From Squalus acanthias (lineage: Eukaryota): a DNA stretch of 64,000 bases. The position numbers were made by a program, and so were the translations under genes. The notes beneath the pieces were generated by a model. It was not told where the DNA came from, searched no databases, and saw only the letters and a list, made by a program, of their open reading frames with translations. Positions within the stretch are counted from its first letter, which is position 1, and every line of letters starts with the position of its first letter. The DNA lies in contig JASTWF010000034.1 of assembly GCA_030390025.1 (NCBI GenBank), forward strand, positions 3,100,001 through 3,164,000, read 5' to 3'. Below are positions 39,401 through 54,400 of the stretch, piece after piece.

Positions 39401-42400
39401 CACCAAGGAATAAAGTTACTGTCAATTGCTAATTTGACATTATATCCTCTACACCGGGGAATACAGTTACCTTTAATTGTTAATTTAGACATGATACCCT
39501 CTACATCAGAAAATAAATTTACAGATAATTGCTGAATTTTCATGATACCCTCTACACTGTGGAATAAAGCTACATTTATTTTTTTTAACTTGGTAATCAC
39601 TACACTGGGGAATAAAGATGCAATAATTTGAAATGGTATCCTCTACACCGGTGGACTAAAGTTACAGGTAATTGTTAATTTGACATGATACCCTCTACAC
39701 CGGGGAATAAAGTTACAGTTAATTGTTGATTTTACATGATGCCCTCAACACCGGGGAATAAAGTTGAAGTGAATTGTTAATCTGTCATGATACCCTCTAC
39801 ACCGTGGAATAAAATTACAGTAAATTGTCAATTTAGACATGAGACCCTCTACACCAGATAATAAAGTTACAGCTAATTGTTGAATTGACGTGATACCCTC
39901 CACACTGTGTAATAAAGTTACAGTCAATTTTTTTGAACATGATAATCTCTACACCGGGGAATCAATTGGAAATGGTACCCTCTAGACCGGGGAATAAAGT
40001 TACAGTTAATTATTAATTTCGACATGGGGCCCTCTACACTGGGGAATATAGTTACAGTTCATTGTTAATTGAGACGTGATAACCTTTAATCCGGGGAATA
40101 ATTTTACAGCTAATTGTTAATTTAGACATGATAAACTCTGCACTGTGGATTAAAGTAACAGATAATTGTTAATTTAGACATGATACCCTCTGCTCTGGGG
40201 AATAAAGTTACAGTTAATTGTTAATTAGGCATGAGACCCTCTACACCGGGGAATAAGTTTACAGTTAATTGTTAATTTAGACATGATACCCTCTACACCG
40301 GGGAACAAAGTTACAGTTAATTGTTAGTTTGACATGATACCCTTTACACTGGGGAATAAAGTTACAGTTAATTGTTAATTTGATATGATACCCTCTACAC
40401 CAGCGAAAAAACGTGACAGCTAATTGTTAATTTGACATGATAACCTCTGCACTGGGGAATTAAGTTACTGTTAATTGTAAATTTGACAAGATGACCTCTA
40501 CCCCGGGGAATAAAGTTACATTTCATTGATAATTGAGAGACGATACCCTCTACACCGGGGAATAAATTTACAGTTAATTGTAAATTTTGACTTGATACAC
40601 ATTACACCGGGGAATAAAAGTGCACTCATTTGTTAATTTGACATGATACCCTCTGCACCGGGGAATAAAGTAAATGTCAATTGTTAATTTAGGCATGAAA
40701 TCCTCGACAACAGGGAATAAAGTTAGAGTTAATAATTAATTTGATCTGATATCCTCTACACTTGGGAATAATATTAAAGTTAATTGCTAATTTTGAAATG
40801 ATAACCTCTGCACCAAAGAATAAAGTTATAGTTAATTGTTAATTTGACATTATGTCCTCCAGACCGAGGAATAAAGTTACAACTAATTGCTAATTTGACA
40901 TGATAACCTCTGCACTGGGGAATAAAGTTACAGTTAATTGTTAATTTAGACATGATACCTTCTACACAGGGGATAAAGTTACAGTTAATTGTTAATTTAG
41001 ACATGATACCTTCTACACAGGGGAATAAAGTTACAGTTAATTGTTAATTTAGACAGGATTCGCTCAACATCGGGGAATAATCTTACTGTTAATTGTTAAG
41101 TTAGACATGATTTTCTCTACACAGGGGAATAAAGTCACCGTTAATTGTTAATTTAGACATGATATCCTGTACACCAGAGAATAATGTTACAGTTAATTTT
41201 TAAATGACATAATATCCTCTACACCGTGGAATAAAGTTAATTTAATTGTTAATTTGACAAGATGCCCTCTACACTGGGTAAATCTTACAGTTAATTCTTA
41301 ATTTGACATGATACCTTCTACACGAGAGAATAAAGTAACAGTTAATATTTAATTTGACATGATATCCTTTAAACTGGGGAATAAAGTTACAGTCAATTGT
41401 TAATTTGACAGGATACCCTATACACCGGAGAATACAGAATCAGTTAGATGTTAATTTGACATGATGCACTCTACACCAGGGAATAAAGTTACAGTTAATT
41501 GTTTATTATGACATGATGCCCTCCAAACCGATGAATAAAGTTACAGTTAATTCCTAATTTAGTCATAATACCCTCTACACTGTGGAACATGTTACAGTTT
41601 ATTGTTAATTTAGAAATTATATCCTCTGCACGTGAGAATAAAGTTACAGTGCATTTTTAATTTGACATGATATCCTCTACACCAGGGAATAAAGTTACAA
41701 TTGATTGTTAATTTGACATGATGATGCCCACTACACCGTGGAATAAAGTTACAGTTAAATATTCAATTTGAGATGATGCCCTCCACACCGGGCAATAAAT
41801 TTAAAGCTAATTGTTAATTTAGACTTGATACCTTCTACACCGGGGAAATAATGTTACAGTCAATTGTTTTTTTGACATGATATCCTCTACACTGGGGAAT
41901 AAATATACAGTCAATTGTTAATTTGAAATTATACACTATTCACCGGGTAATAAAATTACAGTTAATTGTTAATTTCGATTTGATACCCTCTACACCGGGG
42001 AATAAAGTTACGGTCAGGTGCTAATTTGACATGATACAATCTACAACGGGGAATAAAGTTACAGTTAATTGTTAATTAGACAAGTTACCCTCAACATCTG
42101 GGAATAAAGTAACAATTGATTGTTAATTTGACATGATAACCTCTACAACGTTTAAAAAAGTCACAGTTAATTGTTAATTTGATATGATACACTCTAGACC
42201 GGGGAATACAGATACAGTTAATTGTTCATTTGAAATGGTACCCTCTACACTGCGGAATAAAGTTACAGTTAATTGTTAATTTAGACATGATACTCTCTAC
42301 ACCGGGGAATAATATGACAGTTAATTGTTAATTTAGACATGATACACTCTACACCAGGCATTAAACTTTCAGTTAAATGTTAACTTGCCATGATTCCCTC

Positions 42401-45400
42401 TACACCGGGGAATTAAGTTACAGTTAATTGCAAATTTGAAATGATGCCCTCCACACCGGGGAATAAATTTACAGTTAATTGTTAATTTAGACATGATACC
42501 TTCTACACAGGGGAATAAATTTAAAGTTAATTCTAAATTTAGACACGATGCCCTCTACATCGGGGAATAAAGTTACAGTTAATTGTTAATTTAGACGTGA
42601 TTTTCTCTACACGGGGGAATAAAGTTACAGTTAATTGTTAATTTAGACATGATTTTCTCCACACAGGGGAATAAAGTTACAGTTAATTGTTAATTTAGAA
42701 AAGATTCCTTCTACATCGCAGAATAAATTTACAGTTCATTGTTAATTGAGACATGATAACCTTGACAATGGGGAATAAAGATATAGTTAATTGTTAATTT
42801 AGACATGATATCCTCTACACCAGGGAATAAAGATACAGTTAGTTTTTAATTTAAATTATGTCCTGTAGACAAGAGAATACATTTACAGTAAATGTTAATT
42901 TGACATGATATCCGCTACACCGGGGAATAAAGTTACAGTTAATTGTTAATTTAGACATGATGCCCTCTACACTGCGGAATAAAATTACAGTTACATGTTA
43001 ATTTTGACATGACGCCCTCTACACCAGGGAATAAAGTTACAGTTAATTATTAATTTGACATGATACCATCTACACCGGGGAATAAAGTTACAGGTAATTG
43101 TTAATTTGACATGATACCATCTACACCGGGGAATAAAGATACAGTTAATTGTTGATTTTACATGATGCCCTCAACACCGCGGAATAAATTTGACGTTAAT
43201 TGGTAATCTGGCATGATACCCTGTACACTGGGGAATAAAAGTACAGCAAATTGTCAATTTAGACATGAGACCCTCTACACCAGAGAATAAAGTTACAGCT
43301 AATTGTTGAATTGACGTGATACCCTCCACACTGTGTAATAAAGTTGCAGTCATTTTTTTTGAACATGATAATCTCTACACCGGGGAATAAAGAGGCAGTT
43401 AATTGGAAATGTTACCCTCTAAACCGGGGAATAAAGATACAGTTAATTGTTAATTTGAAATGATGCCCTCTACACTGCGGAATAAAGTTACAGTTAATTG
43501 TTAATTTAACATGATATCCTCTACACCGGGGAATAAAGTTATCGTTAATTGTTAATTTAGACATGATGCCCTCTACACCAGAAAATAAAGTTATACTTAA
43601 TTGTTGAATTTACATGATGCTCTCTGCACTGTGGAATAAAGTTACAGTTAATTTTGTTTAACATTGTAATCTCTACACTGGTATATTAAGGTACAGGAAG
43701 TTTGAAATGGTATCCTCTACACCGGGGAATAAAGTTACAGTTAATTGTTAATTTGACATGATAAACTCTAATACCGGGGAATAAAATTACAGTTAATTGT
43801 TAATTTGACATGTTACCCTCGGCACCGGGGAATAAAGTAAATGTCAATTGTCAATTTAGACATGAAGCCCTCTACACCAGGGAGTAAATTACAGATAATT
43901 GTTAATTTGACATGAAATCCTCTACACTGTGGAATAATGTTAAAGTTAATTGTTAATTTGTCATGATGTCCGCTACAGCGGGGAATAAAGTTATAGTTAA
44001 ATGTTAATTTCGACGTGATACCCTCTACACCGGGGAATAAAGTTACAGTTAATTGTTGATTTTACATGATGCCCTCAACACCGCGGAATAAAGTTGAAGT
44101 TAATTGTTAATCTGTCATGATACCCTCTACACTGTGGAATAAAATTACAGTAAATTGTCAATTTAGACATGAGACCCTCTACGCCAGATATTACAGTTAC
44201 AGCTAATTGTTGAATTGACGTGATACCCTCCACACTGTGTAATAAAGTTACAGTCATTTTTTTTGAACATGATAATCTCTACACCGGGGAATCAATTGGA
44301 AATGGTACCCTCTAGACCGGGGAATAAAGTTACAGTTAATTGTTAAGTTGACATGATACCATCTACACCGGGGAATAAAGTTACAGTTAATTGTTGATTT
44401 TACATGATGCCCTAAACACCGGGGAATAAAGTTGAAGTTAATTGTTAATCTGTCATGATACCCTCTACACTGGGGAATAAAATTACAGTAAATTGTCAAT
44501 TTAGACATGACACCCTCTACAACAGAGAATAAAGTTACAGCTAATTGTTGAATTGACGTGATACCCTCCCCACTGTGTAATAAAGTTACAGTCATTTTTT
44601 TTAACATGATAATCTCTACATCGGGGAATGAAGAGGCAGTTAATTGGAAATGTTACCCTCTAAACCGGGGAATAAAGTTACAGTTAACTGTTAATTTGAC
44701 ATGCTACCCTCTACACTGGGGAATAAAGTTACAGTTAATTGTTAATTTGACATGATATCCTCTACACCGGGGAATAAAGTTATCGTTAATTGTTAATTTA
44801 GACATGATGCCCTCTACACCAGAAAATAAAGTTACACTTAATTGTTTAATTTACATGATGCTCTCTGCACTGTGGAATAAAGTTACAGTTAATTTTGTTT
44901 AACATTGTAATCTCTACACTGGTATATAAATATACAGTTAGTTTGAAATGGTATCCTCTACACCGGGGAATAAAGTAACAGTGAATTGTTAATTTGACAT
45001 AATAAACTCTAATACCGGGGAATAAAATTACAGTTAATTGTTAATTTGACATGATACCCTCGGCACCGGGGAATAAAGTAAATGTCAATTGTCAATTTAG
45101 ACATGAAGCCCTCTACACCAGGGAGTAAATTACAGATAATTGTTAAATTGACATGATATCCTCTACACTGGGGAATAATGTTAAAGTTAATTGTTAATTT
45201 GTCATGATGTCCGCTGCAGCGGGGAATAAAGTTATAGTTAAATGTTAATTTCGACGTGATGCCCTCTTCACTGGTGAATAAAGTTACAGTTCATTGTTAA
45301 TTTAGACATGATACCTTCTACACAGGGGATTAAATGTACAGTTATTTGTTAATTTAGATATGTTTCCCTCCACACTGTGAAATCAAGTTACAGTTAATTG

Positions 45401-48400
45401 TAAATTAAGAAAAGTTTCCCACCACACCAAGGAATAAAGTTACTGTCAATTGCTAATTTGACATTATATCCTCTACACCGGGGAATACAGTTACCTTTAA
45501 TTGTTAATTTAGACATGATACCCTCTACATCAGAAAATAAATTTACAGATAATTGCTGAATTTTCATGATACCCTCTACACTGTGGAATAAAGCTACATT
45601 TATTTTTTTTAACTTGGTAATCACTACACTGGGGAATAAAGATGCAATAATTTGAAATGGTATCCTCTACACCGGTGGACTAAAGTTACAGGTAATTGTT
45701 AATTTGACATGATATCCTCTACACTGGGGAATAATGTTAAAGTTAATTGTTAATTTGTCATGATGTCCGCTGCAGCGGGGAATAAAGTTATAGTTAAATG
45801 TTAATTTCGACGTGATGCCCTCTACACTGGTGAATAAAGTTACAGTTCATTGTTAATTTAGACATGATACCTTCTACACAGGGGATTAAATGTACAGTTA
45901 TTTGTTAATTTAGATATGTTTCCCTCCACACTGTGAAATCAAGTTACAGTTAATTGTAAATTAAGAAAAGTTTCCCACCACACCAAGGAATAAAGTTACT
46001 GTCAATTGCTAATTTGACATTATATCCTCTACACCGGGGAATACAGTTACCTTTAATTGTTAATTTAGACATGATACCCTCTACATCAGAAAATAAATTT
46101 ACAGATAATTGCTGAATTTTCATGATACCCTCTACACTGTGGAATAAAGCTACATTTATTTTTTTTAACTTGGTAATCACTACACTGGGGAATAAAGATG
46201 CAATAATTTGAAATGGTATCCTCTACACCGGTGGACTAAAGTTACAGGTAATTGTTAATTTGACATGATACCCTCTACACCGGGGAATAAAGTTACAGTT
46301 AATTGTTGATTTTACATGATGCCCTCAACACCGGGGAATAAAGTTGAAGTGAATTGTTAATCTGTCATGATACCCTCTACACTGTGGAATAAAATTACAG
46401 TAAATTGTCAATTTAGACATGAGACCCTCTACACCAGATAATAAAGTTACAGCTAATTGTTGAATTGACGTGATACCCTCCACACTGTGTAATAAAGTTA
46501 CAGTCAATTTTTTTGAACATGATAATCTCTACACCGGGGAATCAATTGGAAATGGTACCCTCTAGACCGGGGAATAAAGTTACAGTTAATTGTTAATTTC
46601 GACATGGGGCCCTCTACACTGGGGAATATAGTTACAGTTCATTGTTAATTGAGACGTGATAACCTTTAATCCGGGGAATAATTTTACAGCTAATTGTTAA
46701 TTTAGACATGATAAACTCTGCACTGTGGATTAAAGTAACAGATAATTGTTAATTTAGACATGATACCCTCTACTCTGGGGAATAAAGTTACAGTTAATTG
46801 TTAATTAGGCATGAGACCCTCTACACCGGGGAATAAGTTTACAGTTAATTGTTAATTTAGACATGATACCCTCTACACCGGGGAACAAAGTTACAGTTAA
46901 TTGTTAGTTTGACATGATACCCTTTACACTGGGGAATAAAGTTACAGTTAATTGTTAATTTGATATGATACCCTCTACACCAGCGAAAAAACGTGACAGC
47001 TAATTGTTAATTTGACATGATAACCTCTGCACTGGGGAATTAAGTTACAGTTAATTGTAAATTTGACAAGATGACCTCTACCCCGGTGAATAAAGTTACA
47101 TTTCATTGATAATTGAGAGACGATACCCTCTACACCGGGGAATAAGTTTACAGTTAATTGTAAATTTTGACTTGATACACATTACACCGGGGAATAAAAG
47201 TGCACTCATTTGTTAATTTGACATGATACCCTCTGCACCGGGGAATAAAGTAAATGTCAATTGTTAATTTAGGCATGAAATCCTCGACAACAGGGAATAA
47301 AGTTAGAGTTAATTATTAATTTGATCTGATATCCTCTACACTTGGGAATAATATTAAAGTTAATTGCTAATTTTGAAATGATAACCTCTGCACCAAAGAA
47401 TAAAGTTATAGTTAATTGTTAATTTGACATTATGTCCTCCAGACCGAGGAATAAAGTTACAACTAATTGCTAATTTGACATGATAACCTCTGCACTGGGG
47501 AATAAAGTTACAGTTAATTGTTAATTTAGACATGATACCTTCTACACAGGGGATAAAGTTACAGTTAATTGTTAATTTAGACATGATACCTTCTACACAG
47601 GGGAATAAAGTTACAGTTAATTGTTAATTTAGACAGGATTCGCTCAACATCGGGGAATAATCTTACTGTTAATTGTTAAGTTAGACATGATTTTCTCTAC
47701 ACAGGGGAATAAAGTCACCGTTAATTGTTAATTTAGACATGATATCCTGTACACCAGAGAATAATGTTACAGTTAATTTTTAAATGACATAATATCCTCT
47801 ACACCGTGGAATAAAGTTAATTTAATTGTTAATTTGACAAGATGCCCTCTACACTGGGTAAATCTTACAGTTAATTCTTAATTTGACATGATACCTTCTA
47901 CACGAGAGAATAAAGTAACAGTTAATTTTTAATTTGACATGATATCCTTTAAACTGGGGAATAAAGTTACAGTCAATTGTTAATTTGACAGGATACCCTA
48001 TACACCGGAGAATACAGAATCAGTTAGATGTTAATTTGACATGATGCACTCTACACCAGGGAATAAAGTTACAGTTAATTGTTTATTATGACAAGATGCC
48101 CTCCAAACCGATGAATAAAGTTACAGTTAATTCCTAATTTAGTCATAATACCCTCTACACTGTGGAACATCTTACAGTTTATTGTTAATTTAGAAATTAT
48201 ATCCTCTGCACGTGAGAATAAAGTTACAGTGCATTTTTAATTTGACATGATATCCTCTACACCAGGGAATAAAGTTACAATTGATTGTTAATTTGACATG
48301 ATGATGCCCACTACACCGTGGAATAAAGTTACAGTTAAATATTCATTTTGAGATGATGCCCTCCACACCGGGCAATAAATTTAAAGCTAATTGTTAATTT

Positions 48401-51400
48401 AGACTTGATACCTTCTACACCGGGGAAATAATGTTACAGTCAATTGTTTTTTTGACATGATATCCTCTACACTGGGGAATAAATATACAGTCAATTGTTA
48501 ATTTGAAATTATACACTATTCACCGGGTAATAAAATTACAGTTAATTGTTAATTTCGATTTGATACCCTCTACACCGGGGAATAAAGTTACGGTCAGGTG
48601 CTAATTTGACATGATACAATCTACAACGGGGAATAAAGTTACAGTTAATTGTTAATTAGACAAGTTACCCTCAACATCTGGGAATAAAGTAACAATTGAT
48701 TGTTAATTTGACATGATAACCTCTACAACGTTTAAAAAAGTCACAGTTAATTGTTAATTTGATATGATACACTCTAGACCGGGGAATACAGATACAGTTA
48801 ATTGTTCATTTGAAATGGTACCCTCTACACTGCGGAATAAAGTTACAGTTAATTGTTAATTTAGACATGATACTCTCTACACCGGGGAATAATATGACAG
48901 TTAATTGTTAATTTAGACATGATACACTCTACACCAGGCATTAAACTTTCAGTTAAATGTTAACTTGCCATGATTCCCTCTACACCGGGGAATTAAGTTA
49001 CAGTTAATTGCAAATTTGAAATGATGCCCTCCACACCGGGGAATAAATTTACAGTTAATTGTTAATTTAGACATGATACCTTCTACACAGGGGAATAAAT
49101 TTAAAGTTAATTCTAAATTTAGACACGATGCCCTCTACATCGGGGAATAAAGTTACAGTTAATTGTTAATTTAGACGTGATTTTCTCTACACGGGGGAAT
49201 AAAGTTACAGTTAATTGTTAATTTAGACATGATTTTCTCCACACAGGGGAATAAAGTTACAGTTAATTGTTAATTTAGAAAAGATTCCTTCTACATCGCA
49301 GAATAAATTTACAGTTCATTGTTAATTGAGACATGATAACCTTGACAATGGGGAATAAAGATATAGTTAATTGTTAATTTAGACATGATATCCTCTACAC
49401 CAGGGAATAAAGATACAGTTAGTTTTTAATTTAAATTATGTCCTGTAGACAAGAGAATACATTTACAGTAAATGTTAATTTGACATGATATCCGCTACAC
49501 CGGGGAATAAAGTTACAGTTAATTGTTAATTTAGACATGATGCCCTCTACACTGCGGAATAAAATTACAGTTACATGTTAATTTTGACATGACGCCCTCT
49601 ACACCAGGGAATAAAGTTACAGTTAATTATTAATTTGACATGATACCATCTACACCGGGGAATAAAGTTACAGGTAATTGTTAATTTGACATGATACCAT
49701 CTACACCGGGGAATAAAGATACAGTTAATTGTTGATTTTACATGATGCCCTCAACACCGCGGAATAAATTTGACGTTAATTGGTAATCTGGCATGATACC
49801 CTGTACACTGGGGAATAAAAGTACAGCAAATTGTCAATTTAGACATGAGACCCTCTACACCAGAGAATAAAGTTACAGCTAATTGTTGAATTGACGTGAT
49901 ACCCTCCACACTGTGTAATAAAGTTGCAGTCATTTTTTTTGAACATGATAATCTCTACACCGGGGAATAAAGAGGCAGTTAATTGGAAATGGTACCCTCT
50001 AAACCGGGGAATAAAGATACAGTTAATTGTTAATTTGAAATGATGCCCTCTGCACTGCGGAATAAAGTTACAGTTAATTGTTAATTTAACATGATATCCT
50101 CTACACCGGGGAATAAAGTTATCGTTAATTGTTAATTTAGACATGATGCCCTCTACACCAGAAAATAAAGTTATACTTAATTGTTGAATTTACATGATGC
50201 TCTCTGCACTGTGGAATAAAGTTACAGTTAATTTTGTTTAACATTGTAATCTCTACACTGGTATATTAAGGTACAGGAAGTTTGAAATGGTATCCTCTAC
50301 ACCGGGGAATAAAGTTACAGTTAATTGTTAATTTGACATGATAAACTCTAATACCGGGGAATAAAATTACAGTTAATTGTTAATTTGACATGTTACCCTC
50401 GGCACCGGGGAATAAAGTAAATGTCAATTGTCAATTTAGACATGAAGCCCTCTACACCAGGGAGTAAATTACAGATAATTGTTAATTTGACATGAAATCC
50501 TCTACACTGTGGAATAATGTTAAAGTTAATTGTTAATTTGTCATGATGTCCGCTACAGCGGGGAATAAAGTTATAGTTAAATGTTAATTTCGACGTGATA
50601 CCCTCTACACTGGGGAATAAAGTTACAGTTAATTGTTGATTTTACATGATGCCCTCAACACCGCGGAATAAAGTTGAAGTTAATTGTTAATCTGTCATGA
50701 TACCCTCTACACTGTGGAATAAAATTACAGTAAATTGTCAATTTAGACATGAGACCCTCTACGCCAGATATTACAGTTACAGCTAATTGTTGAATTGACG
50801 TGATACCCTCCACACTGTGTAATAAAGTTACAGTCATTTTTTTTGAACATGATAATCTCTACACCGGGGAATCAATTGGAAATGGTACCCTCTAGACCGG
50901 GGAATAAAGTTACAGTTAATTGTTAAGTTGACATGATACCATCTACACCGAGGAATAAAGTTACAGTTAATTGTTGATTTTACATGATGCCCTAAACACC
51001 GGGGAATAAAGTTGAAGTTAATTGTTAATCTGTCATGATACCCTCTACACTGGGGAATAAAATTACAGTAAATTGTCAATTTAGACATGACACCCTCTAC
51101 AACAGAGAATAAAGTTACAGCTAATTGTTGAATTGACGTGATACCCTCCCCACTGTGTAATAAAGTTACAGTCATTTTTTTTAACATGATAATCTCTACA
51201 TCGGGGAATGAAGAGGCAGTTAATTGGAAATGTTACCCTCTAAACCGGGGAATAAAGTTACAGTTAACTGTTAATTTGACATGCTACCCTCTACACTGGG
51301 GAATAAAGTTACAGTTAATTGTTAATTTGACATGATATCCTCTACACCGGGGAATAAAGTTATCGTTAATTGTTAATTTAGACATGATGCCCTCTACACC

Positions 51401-54400
51401 AGAAAATAAAGTTACACTTAATTGTTTAATTTACATGATGCTCTCTGCACTGTGGAATAAAGTTACAGTTAATTTTGTTTAACATTGTAATCTCTACACT
51501 GGTATATAAATATACAGTTAGTTTGAAATGGTATCCTCTACACCGGGGAATAAAGTAACAGTGAATTGTTAATTTGACATAATAAACTCTAATACCGGGG
51601 AATAAAATTACAGTTAATTGTTAATTTGACATGATACCCTCGGCACCGGGGAATAAAGTAAATGTCAATTGTCAATTTAGACATGAAGCCCTCTACACCA
51701 GGGAGTAAATTACAGATAATTGTTAAATTGACATGATATCCTCTACACTGGGGAATAATGTTAAAGTTAATTGTTAATTTGTCATGATGTCCGCTGCAGC
51801 GGGGAATAAAGTTATAGTTAAATGTTAATTTCGACGTGATGCCCTCTACACTGGTGAATAAAGTTACAGTTCATTGTTAATTTAGACATGATACCTTCTA
51901 CACAGGGGATTAAATGTACAGTTATTTGTTAATTTAGATATGTTTCCCTCCACACTGTGAAATCAAGTTACAGTTAATTGTAAATTAAGAAAAGTTTCCC
52001 ACCACACCAAGGAATAAAGTTACTGTCAATTGCTAATTTGACATTATATCCTCTACACCGGGGAATACAGTTACCTTTAATTGTTAATTTAGACATGATA
52101 CCCTCTACATCAGAAAATAAATTTACAGATAATTGCTGAATTTTCATGATACCCTCTACACTGTGGAATAAAGCTACATTTTTTTTTTTTTAACTTGGTA
52201 ATCACTACACTGGGGAATAAAGATGCAATAATTTGAAATGGTATCCTCTACACCGGTGGACTAAAGTTACAGGTAATTGTTAATTTGACATGATACCCTC
52301 TACACCGGGGAATAAAGTTACAGTTAATTGTTGATTTTACATGATGCCCTCAACACCGGGGAATAAAGTTGAAGTGAATTGTTAATCTGTCATGATACCC
52401 TCTACACTGTGGAATAAAATTACAGTAAATTGTCAATTTAGACATGAGACCCTCTACACCAGATAATAAAGTTACAGCTAATTGTTGAATTGACGTGATA
52501 CCCTCCACACTGTGTAATAAAGTTACAGTCAATTTTTTTGAACATGATAATCTCTACACCGGGGAATCAATTGGAAATGGTACCCTCTAGACCGGGGAAT
52601 AAAGTTACAGTTAATTGTTAATTTCGACATGGGGCCCTCTACACTGGGGAATATAGTTACAGTTCATTGTTAATTGAGACGTGATAACCTTTAATCCGGG
52701 GAATAATTTTACAGCTAATTGTTAATTTAGACATGATAAACTCTGCACTGTGGATTAAAGTAACAGATAATTGTTAATTTAGACATGATACCCTCTACTC
52801 TGGGGAATAAAGTTACAGTTAATTGTTAATTAGGCATGAGACCCTCTACACCGGGGAATAAGTTTACAGTTAATTGTTAATTTAGACATGATACCCTCTA
52901 CACCGGGGAACAAAGTTACAGTTAATTGTTAGTTTGACATGATACCCTTTACACTGGGGAATAAAGTTACAGTTAATTGTTAATTTGATATGATACCCTC
53001 TACACCAGCGAAAAAACGTGACAGCTAATTGTTAATTTGACATGATAACCTCTGCACTGGGGAATTAAGTTACAGTTAATTGTAAATTTGACAAGATGAC
53101 CTCTACCCCGGGGAATAAAGTTACATTTCATTGATAATTGAGAGACGATACCCTCTACACCGGGGAATAAGTTTACAGTTAATTGTAAATTTTGACTTGA
53201 TACACATTACACCGGGGAATAAAAGTGCACTCATTTGTTAATTTGACATGATACCCTCTGCACCGGGGAATAAAGTAAATGTCAATTGTTAATTTAGGCA
53301 TGAAATCCTCGACAACAGGGAATAAAGTTAGAGTTAATTATTAATTTGATCTGATATCCTCTACACTTGGGAATAATATTAAAGTTAATTGCTAATTTTG
53401 AAATGATAACCTCTGCACCAAAGAATAAAGTTATAGTTAATTGTTAATTTGACATTATGTCCTCTAGACCGAGGAATAAAGTTACAACTAATTGCTAATT
53501 TGACATGATAACATCTGCACTGGGGAATAAAGTTACAGTTAATTGTTAATTTAGACATGATACCTTCTACACAGGGGAATAAAGTTACAGTTAATTGTTA
53601 ATTTAGACATGATACCTTCTACACAGGGGATAAAGTTACAGTTAATTGTTAATTTAGACATGATACCTTCTACACAGGGGAATAAAGTTACAGTTAATTG
53701 TTAATTTAGACAGGATTCGCTCAACATCGGGGAATAATCTTACTGTTAATTGTTAAGTTAGACATGATTTTCTCTACACAGGGGAATAAAGTCACCGTTA
53801 ATTGTTAATTTAGACATGATATCCTGTACACCAGAGAATAATGTTACAGTTAATTTTTAAATGACATAATATCCTCTACACCGTGGAATAAAGTTAATTT
53901 AATTGTTAATTTGACAAGATGCCCTCTACACTGGGTAAATCTTACAGTTAATTCTTAATTTGACATGATACCTTCTACACGAGAGAATAAAGTAACAGTT
54001 AATATTTAATTTGACATGATATCCTTTAAACTGGGGAATAAAGTTACAGTTAATTGTTAATTTGACATGATTCACTCTGCACCGGGGAACAACTTAACAG
54101 TCAATTGTTAACTTGACAGGATACCCTATACACCGGATAATACAGAATCAGTTAGATGTTAATTTGACATGATGCACTCTACACCAGGGAATAAAGTTAC
54201 AGTTAATTGTTTATTATGACATGATGCCCTCCAAACCGATGAATAAAGTTACAGTTAATTCCTAATTTAGTCATAATACCCTCTACACTGTGGAACATGT
54301 TACAGTTTATTGTTAATTTAGAAATTATATCCTCTGCACGTGAGAATAAAGTTACAGTGCATTTTTAATTTGACATGATGATGCCCACTACACCGTGGAA

